Source of the DNA: Chloropicon primus
Lineage: Eukaryota
NCBI GenBank assembly: GCA_023205875.1
Contig: CP060755.1
Span: 992,001 to 1,056,000 of the forward strand
Direction of reading: 5' to 3'
DNA: 64,000 nucleotides
Positions within the stretch are counted from its first letter, which is position 1. Every line of letters starts with the position of its first letter. The translations under genes and the position numbers were made by a program. Shown one piece after another: positions 1-11,317 of the stretch. A model generated the notes under the pieces. The model was not told the origin of the DNA and made no database searches. It saw only the letters and a list, made by a program, of their open reading frames with translations.

Positions 1-797
1 CAAGAGTCTTGCTCTCGCCCGCCAAGACGTACGACTCGAGCTTCTCAGGGTATTCTAGTCCAGCGAAGGCCTTGTTCAAAATCAAATCGTTGTCCCCTGT
101 GGTAATGTAAGCCCCCTTTGGAGCAATGGAGCTGTCTTTCTTGATGTCCTGAATCATGGTTTGGAGTCTCTGGAGCTCGGTGTACTCGAAGGAGACCTCA
201 GCTGGCTCCTCGGCCTCCTCGGCCGCAGGCTCGGCGCCCTCCTCGGCTGCGGCCTCCGCCGCGCCCTCCGCCTTCGGGGCCGGCTCAGTCACCGTGTACA
301 CCTGAGAAGGGTCCCCGGACATGGTAGTGTTGATGGTCAGACATCTCTTCGAGGTCTCCTCGTCAACAGGGTTCAAGTCCAACCACTTCACGCAGTCCTG
401 GGTGTAGAAAAATTTCGTCTCCGCTACGAGCTTGTTGTCGAAGTAATACGCCTTTCCCTTTCCTTCGGCAATGAAGTAGTCCTTTCCATTTGATGCTGCT
501 ATCTTCCCGAACAGGGACAAGCTCTTCAAGGCAGCCTCGGCCTTCTTAAGAGGAATTGAAACTGTGAAAGCGGACTATTTCGGTCGAAAGCAAAGCGAAG
601 TTGAGTCAGTAATCAAGCCCAAAGGAACGGCAACGCTTCGCACCCCTTGCCCTCAGCCACCGAAAAGGGCTTCCGCAGCACGTCCTCCTTCCCTCTCCCT
701 CTCTTGCCTTCCCCCTTCTCCTTACTTTCTGTTCGTTCGAGAGCACAATTCCGCTGCTGGCGAGCGCGTCCAGTGTGAGCGAGAGGTTATTCTCCAT
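1..797 (-). CDS. RSP9: Radial spoke head protein 9 (flagellar); 3' end runs off the window; intron 575-725
   Basis: Exon 1 (797-726) MENNLSLTLDALASSGIVLSNEQK, GTAAG...TAG intron, exon 2 from 574: SAFTVSIPLKKAEAALKSLSLFGKIAASNGKDYFIAEG...ETKFFYTQDCVKWLDLNPVD...FAGLEYPEKLESY. This closely parallels Chlamydomonas RSP9 as recalled. Confidence 0.9.
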
Positions 798-1270
798 GTC
801 TAACTGTGTCTGTGGGCCTTGTGTATCTCCTTGTCCTCGTCCCCTGTCCTCTTGTCTCGCCTCGCCGGTACGTGTGTGCGTGTGCCTCCACCTCCAGTCG
901 ATGGGTTCACCAAGCGTCCTGCCTGCTCCCCCCTGGCGCTCCGGGGCTTCTTAACGTTCAGAATCACCTTAACAAGGGATTACCACAGGGAGGGAGGGGC
1001 CAAAGGCCTTGGGAAAATAGGAGAGTCAATTTTGACCAAGATTCCATCTTGGGTGTAAAAGGGAGAAGAAGGAGTGTAGTGAGAAGCACGAAGTTTCCGA
1101 GGAGGACGGGGAGGACGGGGAGGACGGGATGTGTTGTCGTACTCCTCAATCCAGTGAGTCTTCATCTCGTTAGCTTCTCCTTGAGAAACTCCAGAGATGA
1201 AATGAAAAAAAATTGTTTGGATGTCAGAAAATAAAAAAGATTGGCTTGAATTTGACTTTCTCCACCCAAC

Positions 1271-2680
1271 TCAGTGGAGATACCACCAAGTGTTGAAGTC
1301 CTCAGCACTCCCAGACTGTGACCAGCGGCCCTCGAGCGCCGTGAGGGCTGTGGTGGCCGATGCGATCTCGCTCTTTATGGGAGCAAACTCTTCGTCCCTC
1401 ATCACCTCCAGGAGGCAGCTCTTCTTGGCGTAGTGGAAGACGTCGAAGATGAACTGCTCCATCTTCACCCCCGGCACGGGTCCGTCCACCGTCGGGATGG
1501 TCTTCGAGGCGAGGTGGTGCTCGAGGTGCACCTCGTCGTCGCAGCATATCCTCGTCAGAAAGTCCTTGGAGTAGTACTGCATGCAGATGTTGCTCCAGTT
1601 GTAGTAAAGCTCTCCCGTCTCCGCGTTGGCCACTTTGGCACTCATCTCTGGGTCCAGCTCCGAGTACTCCACCACCCCGACCCCCTCGCCCCTCTCCACG
1701 AAGACGCCGACCCTCTCCCCCGGCGAAGACTTGGCCAAGGTCCTGCAACACAGGTCGGCCCCAAAACTCTTGCAGTACCCGATCAGGAGGGGGTCGGCGA
1801 TCTTTGCCAGAATGTTGTCCACGCAGTAGCAATCCAGGGCCTCCACCCCGGCCCTTTCCATGCTCTCCAGGCACCCGGAATCCCTCAGGGCCTTGTAAAT
1901 CCCGCCATTGCCATCGGGGGACTCGGCTATCTTGCCCTTGGTCTCGAGGAGGACTTTGCCCTCCTCCGAGACGCACGGCAGCTTCCCTTGGTTGAAGAGG
2001 AAGACCTGATCCTCCTTGAGCCCGAACCAGGAGTTCTCCCTGAAGTAAGACTCGGTGTACGCCCGAGTCGCGTCGCTCAGCATGATGTACCACATGATGG
2101 ACTTCTGCACCGCGTGGCCCTTGCCCCCCCCCGCCTCGGCCGCGAGCTTCTGGAGGTCCAGGATCCGCTCCGCTTGGATCTGGAACAGAGTTTTCTTTCC
2201 AGGAAGCTGCAGGTCCACGCAGCCCTTTGGCAGCTTCGTGCCGAGCCGGGTTCCCTGGCCGCCCGCGAGGAGGATCACCCCGACCTTTCCCTCCGCGATC
2301 AGACCCAAGCCCGTCCTCACGTACTCCTCCCTCCTCGCGGCTGTCAGGCTCGCCCTGGAGCACACCCGCCCGGCGCTCACAGGCTTCGGGGCCTCCCCCG
2401 AAAGATCCCGTCCGCTCTTGGTCGCGGTGGCCTCCTCGAACTTTTCCCTCAGCCCGCCGAGCCCGAGGGACTCGATCTGGACCGAGAGCTGGCTCCTCTC
2501 GTCCTCGCTCAGGTCACCCCAACACCTCGTGATTTGGCCCTGTCCAACCTTCTCCAACGCGCTCTGCGGGAAGTTTCGGCGGGGACGAACCAGAAGGTGG
2601 TCAGCCAGCCGCGACCCCCTCGCGGAACTCGTCTCGACCTCCCTCGTCTCACTTACCTGAAGCTCCACCGGCGGGGCCAT
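1271..2680 (-). CDS. UAP1: UDP-N-acetylglucosamine pyrophosphorylase; probable in-frame intron 2564-2656
   Basis: Motifs LLAGGQGTRLG..PKG, SPDGNGGIY, YCVDNIL, VVEYSE, KMEQFIFDVF, EEFAPIK. CAG|GTAAGT...GCTGAC...CAG intron near the 5' end. Confidence 0.92.
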   Translation of the reverse strand: MAPPVELQVSETREVETSSARGSRLADHLLVRPRRNFPQSALEKVGQGQITRCWGDLSEDERSQLSVQIESLGLGGLREKFEEATATKSGRDLSGEAPKPVSAGRVCSRASLTAARREEYVRTGLGLIAEGKVGVILLAGGQGTRLGTKLPKGCVDLQLPGKKTLFQIQAERILDLQKLAAEAGGGKGHAVQKSIMWYIMLSDATRAYTESYFRENSWFGLKEDQVFLFNQGKLPCVSEEGKVLLETKGKIAESPDGNGGIYKALRDSGCLESMERAGVEALDCYCVDNILAKIADPLLIGYCKSFGADLCCRTLAKSSPGERVGVFVERGEGVGVVEYSELDPEMSAKVANAETGELYYNWSNICMQYYSKDFLTRICCDDEVHLEHHLASKTIPTVDGPVPGVKMEQFIFDVFHYAKKSCLLEVMRDEEFAPIKSEIASATTALTALEGRWSQSGSAEDFNTWWYLH

Positions 2681-2992
2681 AACGAACACGATCTCTCTCT
2701 CCCTCTCTTCTCCTCTTCAATGAAATGGAACAACAAACAACGACGACGACGACGACGACGACCCAAGATGTTTCCCGCGGCGACGGAGACTACCTCCCCT
2801 GACTCCGGCCCGATCGATCGATTCTCCTCCCAACAAGTCCACCGTGCGCGCGCCCCACCACTCTCGGCTTTTCGTCGAGAGAAGAGAATAGAAAAATCGC
2901 AAAAGAAGCCGTTACAAACACGAAGAGGGGAGAGCGAGGGCGAGAGGAGGTCGCGTTGCGTTGCGTTGCGTTGTTTTGCCGGAAAGGAAAGG

Positions 2993-3859
2993 ATGACGGG
3001 AGGTGCGACGGAGGAGGGGGGGAGCGTGAGCTACGGCCCGTGGATACTTCAGGGGCCCAAGGAGAGGAGGAGGACGACGGACGAGGAGCCGAGCCTTCGA
3101 CTGTTTTGCATCCCTCAGGCCGGGATGGGGGCGTGGGCTTTCCACGGTTGGCAGGAGGTCCTGGGGAGCAGCGTCGAGGTGATGCCGATCGAGCTGCCCG
3201 GGCGCAACTCCAGGCAGAAGGAGAAGCGCCACACGTGCATGGCGGAGCTCGTGAAGGACCTGGTGGACAACCTGCTGAACGAGTTCAGGAAGGCGCCGTA
3301 CTGCATTTTGGGCCACAGCCTTGGCGCCTGGATCGCCTACGAGGTGATCCACGAGCTCTGGAGGCGGCACGAGCCCCTGCCGATCAAGCTGTACGTGTCG
3401 GCGAACCGGGCCCCCCACCTCTGCGGCCGGCACCACGACGTCCACCCCGTTCATCTGCACAAGCTGCCTTACCAGGAGTTCTGGGAGGCGTTCAAGCACA
3501 GGTACGGGGTGAACAAGGACCTGCAGAGCGAGGGGATCAAGAAGTACCTCTTCCCCATGCTCAAGGACGACTTCACTCTGCTGGAGACGTACGAATGGAA
3601 CGGGTTCACGACGACCCAGAACAGCCTGAAGGCGCCTGGGGGGCCGAAGAGCCCCAGAGGTCTGCCCGTCCCCATCGAGGCCTTCGGCGCAAAGGGCGAC
3701 ACACGGTACACCAAGGAGCAGCTCTCTTCCTGGTCGGAGCACACCGCCATCAAGTTCAAGGAGGTTTGGTTCGAGGGGAAGCACCGGTACATTGTGGACG
3801 AGCCGGAGGAGGTCAGGAAGTACGTGGCCTACGACCTCTTCGGCTGCATGGTGGCTTGA
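2993..3859 (+). CDS. Type II thioesterase (alpha/beta hydrolase, GrsT/OLAH-like)
   Basis: LRLFCIPQAG, IELPGRNSR, nucleophile elbow GHSLG, C-terminal FEGKHRY (catalytic His). ATG at 2993 is in frame with ORF 1433-3859. Confidence 0.85.
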   Translation: MTGGATEEGGSVSYGPWILQGPKERRRTTDEEPSLRLFCIPQAGMGAWAFHGWQEVLGSSVEVMPIELPGRNSRQKEKRHTCMAELVKDLVDNLLNEFRKAPYCILGHSLGAWIAYEVIHELWRRHEPLPIKLYVSANRAPHLCGRHHDVHPVHLHKLPYQEFWEAFKHRYGVNKDLQSEGIKKYLFPMLKDDFTLLETYEWNGFTTTQNSLKAPGGPKSPRGLPVPIEAFGAKGDTRYTKEQLSSWSEHTAIKFKEVWFEGKHRYIVDEPEEVRKYVAYDLFGCMVA

Positions 3860-3899
3860 AAAGATTGGACGCTTCGCAATTGCGTGTGTATGTTGTGTG

Positions 3900-3904
3900 T
3901 GTAA
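3900..3904 (+). terminator. TGTAA chlorophyte-type polyadenylation signal (example; others at 47007-47011 and 48246-48250)
   Basis: TGTAA about 35-40 nt downstream of the stop codons of the thioesterase, helicase and RPN2 genes. Confidence 0.55.
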
Positions 3905-3948
3905 TGTACAAGAAGGAAAGCATTCTAGTTTTTGAGAAAAAAATATGC

Positions 3949-5226
<1,278 letters not shown>

Positions 5227-5256
5227 TCAGCATTTGAGTCAGTCTCCCCCTCCTAA

Positions 5257-5533
5257 ATCACGATCACGATCGATCGATCTGATTGTCCTTGTCCATGGGA
5301 CCGACGATCGATCGTGTAACGGGCGCGCGCGGGGGCGGGCGAAGACTGAGGGAGAGAGAGAGAGCGGGACGTGGACGTGGACGTGGACAAGGGAGGGCGC
5401 GATCGACGGACGCCAACCCTCCCCCGAACCTTTTTTTTTCTTCTTCCTGGTTTCCCGGGACGAGGACGAGGACGAGAACGAGAGGGGGAAGTGCTCCGGA
5501 AGCAAGGATCGATCGCGATCTATCGATCATCGA
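5257..5533. promoter_or_regulatory. Divergent promoter region with tandem GATC/ATCG arrays
   Basis: ATCACGATCACGATCGATCGATC, GACGATCGATCG and GATCGATCGCGATCTATCGATCATCGA between two divergent start codons (5190 and 5536). Confidence 0.4.
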
Positions 5534-5535
5534 GG

Positions 5536-8500
5536 ATGGAGGACGCGCTGGAGAGGGAGGACGCGAGGTCCCTCGTGGCGGCGCTGCGCGAGTCCGAGGC
5601 GGCGATCGACGGGCAGGTCCTGTTCTCCCTCGGGGAGAGGATGAGACTTGTTTGCGACGCGGGCGTGAGGGGGGACGAGGCGTGCAGCCTGGTGACGGAG
5701 ATCCTCCGCTTCGTCGATCGCGGGGCGAACGAGGAGGGGGGCGCCCTCCCCGTGCCGACCACGATCCTCGATCAGCAGAACAAGTTCGGGGACGGCCTCG
5801 GCAGGGCCCTCGAGTTCCTCTGCAGCGACGTGGACGAGTGGCTCGGCTCTTGCGACGCGGGCGAGTACGAGCTTTGCCTGCGCAAGGCGACCGAGTTCGT
5901 CTCCATGACCTGCGGCGAGGAAGGAGGCGCGGGGGCCAGCGCGTACGCCAAGGGCGAGCTGGGGAGGCTGTGCATCCCCCACTTTGTGAGTCTGGCGGCG
6001 AGCCCGCGCGGGGAGATCGCGAGGGCGAGGAGGGAGGTGCTCCAGACGGTGGCCGAGCTGGTGCACGGCTGCGAGGCGAACGCCGGCCTGGTCCTCTCCC
6101 TCCTCTCGGACCTGGACCACGCCTTCTTGGGTTTCCTCGCGCAGTGCGGGGACTACCAGACGCAGCTCAACTACGTGGACATCGTGTACAGGCTGCACAG
6201 GCACGCGAGCAAGAAGTCGAACAAGTCCGACCGAGACTGCAGGGCGTTCCTCGACCAGGACTTCGGGGTCTTCGGGCAGAAGAAGTTCTTCGTGGAGAGG
6301 TACAAGGGCCACGACGAGATGAAGAGATCGTCCATGAAGCTCCTGGACGCCTTCAACGCCGAGAACGACGCTTGCGGTGTGCACTCTTTCAAGGTCAAGT
6401 CGGTCGTCTTGGCCGGGAGCAGAGAGGGCTGCGATCGAGCCTCCGAGCCAAAGGGTGGCGCGGCGAGGAGCCACGACCGCGTTTTCGTCGGCGAGAGCCT
6501 CATGACCTTCTCCGTTCTCGTGCAAGATGAGGGGGATTTGTGGAACGAAACCGTGGACGTTCCCCTGAGGGACATCGCCGTCGCCGAAGCGGAGGAGGGA
6601 AAACGCGGCACCTGGAAGCTCTATCTGTCGGTGCCCTCCGATCCCAAGCGGCTGAACCCATTCCTAGAGCACGGGAGCGAATCTGTGGTCTGCATTTCTG
6701 GAACCAAGAAGGTTTTGGCGGGCATCAAAGATACTTGCTTGGCCGCGAACAGGCTTTCACCCACCGGAGACGCAGACGATGGGCCGAGCCAGAAGATATC
6801 CAGGGGCATCCACTGCAGCATCCCTTGCACCCTCGAGGGGGGCAAGAGCGTGCCGAAAGCACCTGAAGCGAAGAAGAGCCAGAGGAAGGTGCCAGAAAAC
6901 TTCGGGGACGAGTTCTTTGTCGGCCGGGCATTGAGCGTTTGGTGGGACGGCGATGAGTGCTACTACCACGGAAAGGTCAGCGAGTGCGACACCATGAAGG
7001 GCAGGGTCCACGTGGAATACGACGACGGCGATAAAGAGTGGATCGACCCATCCAAGTGCAAGATCGCCTTCGACCACGAAGAGCAGGCGAAAGAGGACCC
7101 AACTCCACGGCAGAATGGCCAGGTCGGGAAAGGGAAGAAGCAAGCTTCCAGCAGGAAGAGGACACCACCGGCCAAGCCCAAAGCATCCGTGCCAGAGAAA
7201 CCAAAGGCAAAGCCAAAGCCTTTGGCCAGTCTCAAAAGAGAGCAGGAGAGGAGATCTTCGCCGCCCACGGAGACGATCAGGAGGAAGAGGCCAGTCAAAA
7301 GAAGGATCGACTTGCTGGCCGAAATCCCGGAGCACCCGGAGCACTCGGAGAGCGAGACCGAGCGCGTGAATGACGAGCGCGTGAATGACGCCAGCGAGAC
7401 TCAAGATGGATCCAGCGACGATGAACCAAACGAGCGCTTTTCAGACGAGGCTTGGGTTCCAGAGGAAGTGCAAAAGAAGAGACCGAAGATGACTGCGAGC
7501 AAGAAAGCAAATCCAGGGAACAAGAGCACTACATCTAAGGCAAAGGCTTCAATTCAACGCCAGAGGATTTCGAGAAAGGGCAGCACGGCTCCGAAAAAGA
7601 GATGCTCTCCTCGCTCGCCATCACCAGGATTAAGATTCAAGACAGGAAAACAGGCAGAAAGTGATATTGCGGCGGACATGTCGACACTGGACGAGCCGGG
7701 GAGTTCTCTGCGCCACTACAGAATCTCCGGCCGCAAGAAGAAGGATTCCTGGACTGGTCACACCATCAAGAGGCGTCCTCCTCCGCAACCTTTGCGCTCA
7801 GAGCAGAGCGTCTCTCTCTTCTCTCTGTCGCCAGAAGAGAAGGAGAGTGAGAGGAGTGAGAGTTACAAGGAAGACACTTCCAGTGCAGAAGCGATGGATC
7901 CAGAGATTATTCCAAGTGCCAGAAAGCCCAGGACCTGGGAGCCCGTGCCTGCAGGCAGACCGAAAGATCGACGCCAAACGAGTTCAAGCAAGCTTTTCGG
8001 CGATTTGGAGTCGTCCCTCGTCACTGGCGGCAGCACAGGGACTGAAGCTGAGAATATGGCCGTCCTCGGCAATCTCATTCAATCGATCATGGCATCAAGA
8101 AAGAAGAAGAAGGGCAGGAAGAGGAAGAAGATGGAGGATCTCTTCGTCTCAAAACTGCATGGTGACTCCAAGAAGCTTGAGGGCTACGTGTCCACCGCGA
8201 TCGAGGAATCCAATCAATTCTGTTCGGATGTGTACTCCGGCATCACCAAGGAGTTCGACAAGATTGACTCCAAGATGAAGAGCTGCGTCGCCGCTTTCAA
8301 CAAGGAAATGCAAGCCCTGTCAAGGACGTACTCTAAGTTCCTGGAGAGCATAAACACGAAGGAGAGAGAGGTGGATTCCTTTGTGCAGAAGAAAGTGAAA
8401 AGCGCCAGAGACCTCACCGTGAGAGCCAGATCAAAAGCGGAGGAGCTCATGCAGAGAACCAAGCAAAAGACGGCGGAGCTGGAGAACAACAAAGAATCCA

Positions 8501-8547
8501 GCCATCAAATTTCTCAGCTCCTGAACGCATTAATGGCAAACGCGTGA
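5536..8547 (+). CDS. SYCP2/Red1/ASY3-like meiotic chromosome axis protein (ARM-like + PH-like, Tudor, disordered linker, C-terminal coiled coil)
   Basis: QCGDYQTQLNYVDIVYRL resembles the SYCP2 ARM motif GDYDLQV..EALCR. FNAEN..VHSFKVKSV marks the ARM-PH junction. Tudor VGRALSVWW..YYHG..VEYDDGDKE. About 140-aa terminal coiled coil. Confidence 0.6.
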   Translation: MEDALEREDARSLVAALRESEAAIDGQVLFSLGERMRLVCDAGVRGDEACSLVTEILRFVDRGANEEGGALPVPTTILDQQNKFGDGLGRALEFLCSDVDEWLGSCDAGEYELCLRKATEFVSMTCGEEGGAGASAYAKGELGRLCIPHFVSLAASPRGEIARARREVLQTVAELVHGCEANAGLVLSLLSDLDHAFLGFLAQCGDYQTQLNYVDIVYRLHRHASKKSNKSDRDCRAFLDQDFGVFGQKKFFVERYKGHDEMKRSSMKLLDAFNAENDACGVHSFKVKSVVLAGSREGCDRASEPKGGAARSHDRVFVGESLMTFSVLVQDEGDLWNETVDVPLRDIAVAEAEEGKRGTWKLYLSVPSDPKRLNPFLEHGSESVVCISGTKKVLAGIKDTCLAANRLSPTGDADDGPSQKISRGIHCSIPCTLEGGKSVPKAPEAKKSQRKVPENFGDEFFVGRALSVWWDGDECYYHGKVSECDTMKGRVHVEYDDGDKEWIDPSKCKIAFDHEEQAKEDPTPRQNGQVGKGKKQASSRKRTPPAKPKASVPEKPKAKPKPLASLKREQERRSSPPTETIRRKRPVKRRIDLLAEIPEHPEHSESETERVNDERVNDASETQDGSSDDEPNERFSDEAWVPEEVQKKRPKMTASKKANPGNKSTTSKAKASIQRQRISRKGSTAPKKRCSPRSPSPGLRFKTGKQAESDIAADMSTLDEPGSSLRHYRISGRKKKDSWTGHTIKRRPPPQPLRSEQSVSLFSLSPEEKESERSESYKEDTSSAEAMDPEIIPSARKPRTWEPVPAGRPKDRRQTSSSKLFGDLESSLVTGGSTGTEAENMAVLGNLIQSIMASRKKKKGRKRKKMEDLFVSKLHGDSKKLEGYVSTAIEESNQFCSDVYSGITKEFDKIDSKMKSCVAAFNKEMQALSRTYSKFLESINTKEREVDSFVQKKVKSARDLTVRARSKAEELMQRTKQKTAELENNKESSHQISQLLNALMANA

Positions 8548-8633
8548 TTACACTCGCGCGTGCGTCATATTCTTCTTTCCCAATCTTATTACACGAAGCT
8601 CGCCACAACTGTCAACCTCTTGTCTGAGCCGCC

Positions 8634-10130
8634 CTAGCTCTTCTTCTTTGAATTTGAATTGTTATTGTGCGGCCTCCACGTGATCCTTGAGCTGTCTATA
8701 TTTACGTCCCGAGACAGCTTGAAGTTCTTCAGGTGCTCCTCGACCATCTTGGGGGTCACGTTCAAGATGTGCTGCCCCTTGTAGTACTTGACTAAGTTCA
8801 GCGTCTGCAGCGTTTGCACGATGTCCTCAACTCTGATCGCCGTCATGCTGGACAGATCCTTGATGCTAAGACTTCCTTTGTAGTCCCTCAGCAGGCCCAT
8901 CAGAACCCTCGTCCAGTAGCTCCTGTAGCTCACGAGGCCCAAATCGGACAAAGGCCTCTCCGGTGTCCCCACCTTCCCCTCGAGCTTGCTCAGCTCGTAG
9001 CTGAATGCGATCAGAAGCTTCCCGTACCCCTTCCTCTGATAGCTTGGGAGGGTCAAAATACACGCGAGATTGAAGCCCTCGGCGGAATTCTTCTCCTTGC
9101 TGAAGTAACCCACAATGTGGTACCCGCTGCTGTCCCTCTCCGTGAGAACGTAGAACCAAAAGTGCTCCACGTCGTAGAAGCACGTCTTGTGATCGAGAAA
9201 GAGCTTTGAAAGCAAGCAAAGACTTTGGCAATACCTCTTGTCCTTGGCACCGTCCACCTCGAAGAAGCACACGGGGTTCTTGTGCCTGAGGGACGGGGGC
9301 CTCACGGAGGAGTAGATGTCCTTGCCGGGGGGCTTCCTCACCCCGCACTTGTGCATGTGTTTCACAAGGGTCTTCTTCGAGTGCATGTACTTGAGACAGT
9401 ACTCGCAGAAGAAGAGCTTGAAGGCGCTGGAGTACTCGTCTGGGAATGGGGAGTAGTACCAAGTGTCAAGCTCGTACTTCCCAAGCTCGATCATCTGGAT
9501 GTTCTTCACTTTCGTCTTCTCCTCGTGCTCCCTCTCCAGGGTCTGCTCCGCGGGCGTGAGGTCCTCCACCGCGGGCGCCGTGTGGTGGATCTCGTCGTAC
9601 CGCCGCTTCAGGTTTCGAGTCACCTTTCGCTCCAATTGCCCGGGCCCCGCCTCGATGCCGGTGTGCCGAGGCGATAGCACGCTCGGCGACTTGAGGGAGT
9701 CCATCTTCTTCAGCTCCGCCGGGGAAGTGATGGGCGAAAGCCTCGAGTGCTCCACCCACTCGTCAAGCCGCTTGTTGTACTCGAGGTAGTGCACGTAGTA
9801 CAAGTACTTCTCATCCTTCTTCCCCACCTTCCGCCTGGAAATCACCTCAGCCGGGTGCGGCTGCCCGTCGAAGGTCGTCTTGCAGGACACCTGGGTCCCG
9901 ATCTCGTAGATCCCGTTCGTAGAGGAAGTCCCCCCCACGCCATCCTTCCCCTCCTCTCCGTTCTGTTTTTTCACCGGCGTCACCTCCGTCTTCACCGGCG
10001 TCACTTCCCTCGCCTCCACACCACCACCCTCCCCTCCCCCTGTCCCACCCCTCGGCGTCGCCCCCTCCTCTTTCCCTTCCATGACCCTCGCCCTCCCCTC
10101 GTCGCTCTCTCCCCCAATCGTCTTGCTCAT
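8634..10130 (-). CDS. MYST-family histone acetyltransferase (MOF/Esa1/HAM-like) with Tudor-knot
   Basis: YYVHYLEYNKRLDEWV, WYYSPFP, C2HC finger, LSKLFLDHK, VGYFSKEK, YQRKGYG, GTPERPLSDLG. Start is 10130 or 10083. Confidence 0.95.
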   Translation of the reverse strand: MSKTIGGESDEGRARVMEGKEEGATPRGGTGGGEGGGVEAREVTPVKTEVTPVKKQNGEEGKDGVGGTSSTNGIYEIGTQVSCKTTFDGQPHPAEVISRRKVGKKDEKYLYYVHYLEYNKRLDEWVEHSRLSPITSPAELKKMDSLKSPSVLSPRHTGIEAGPGQLERKVTRNLKRRYDEIHHTAPAVEDLTPAEQTLEREHEEKTKVKNIQMIELGKYELDTWYYSPFPDEYSSAFKLFFCEYCLKYMHSKKTLVKHMHKCGVRKPPGKDIYSSVRPPSLRHKNPVCFFEVDGAKDKRYCQSLCLLSKLFLDHKTCFYDVEHFWFYVLTERDSSGYHIVGYFSKEKNSAEGFNLACILTLPSYQRKGYGKLLIAFSYELSKLEGKVGTPERPLSDLGLVSYRSYWTRVLMGLLRDYKGSLSIKDLSSMTAIRVEDIVQTLQTLNLVKYYKGQHILNVTPKMVEEHLKNFKLSRDVNIDSSRITWRPHNNNSNSKKKS

Positions 10131-10384
10131 CCTGGCGCGCTGCTTCGGCTTCGTGGAGGAGAGGGAACGAGAGGGAACGAGAGGGACGAGGAGGACGAGG
10201 GGTTTGGAGAGAAGGGAGGGGAACCATCGGAGCAAGCTTCTGTTTCTGTTTCTGTTTCTCTTTCGTTCGTGTGGTCGCTTGAAAGAAAAGACGCTCTGGT
10301 GAGGAGTGGAGGACACACACACACACACAGAGGAAGGAGAAAGGGACAACGAGGGAGAGAGAGAGGGAGGGAAGGTGTTTGAGG

Positions 10385-10994
10385 ATGAGTCATGACATGC
10401 TGTTGAGGAATAAGGCGTGGAGGATCGTGGTGAATGCGAGCAAGCGTTCGCCGACTTTCTTCTTCGCCTTCACGGCGACGTGCACGGCGGGGTGCTATTA
10501 CTTGGCCACTGCTGTGCAAGGGGGCACGAACCCATCGGACAAGAAGGCCCTCTTCATCGCGGAGGAGAAGCTGAATAGGGATGCGGGTCTCCACGCCCAG
10601 GTTCTCGCAAAAGCCAACAAGGAAAGGCTGGGGTGAGTTCGAGCATTCCGAACCCCAGATCATCTCAGATCATTTCGAGGATGACGTGTCTCCCTCCTCG
10701 TCCAAACGTACTGACGAAACGTTTGCACCTCCTCCTCTTCTTCACCTCTGTCCCTGCAACCACAGGGTTCTTCTGGAAGAAGCGAGGTCAAACAAGGGTG
10801 ACAACAAGCGGTATAAAGCGGCACTCAAGTAAGTTCTGGCAAGCACATCGCCTCATCCGACCTCCTGCGTTACACTTCAGTGTGGCTGACCTTGGTCTCT
10901 CTCTCTCTCTCTGCCTGTTTATGATGTCTCCAGTGGGGAGTCTTTGGGCACGCACACGACGGGGACGACGATGGGAGCAAAGGCTGTGGAATAA
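10385..10994 (+). CDS. Small single-TM protein of unknown function, 3 exons (introns 10633-10765, 10829-10933)
   Basis: GTGAGT..ACTGAC..CAG and GTAAGT..GCTGAC..CAG introns join to give ...AKANKERLGVLLEEARSNKGDNKRYKAALNGESLGTHTTGTTMGAKAVE*. Confidence 0.7.
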
Positions 10995-11317
10995 CGACGA
11001 GGCCGGACGTTCCCTTGCAGCGAAATGTACCATAAAGAAACCTCTAAAGTGTGCGCGTGAGTGTGCACATTGTGTTCAGCAACTCCACCGCTGCGTAATG
11101 AAGCCATCTGTAACTTATTCACTCGTTGTTTCTGACGACTTCACAAAGCACTTTGGACACAACCACGGCGGAACACCGTTATCATCATCAACGTCATCAA
11201 CTGCTGTTCTGTTTGCTGTTCTGTTTGCTGGTAGTGGTGGCCCCAGGACGGGCGCCCTGCTGGCAGTCACAGTGAGCGGAAGGAGCATCGAGAACACACA
11301 AAAGCACTAGGATCGGG

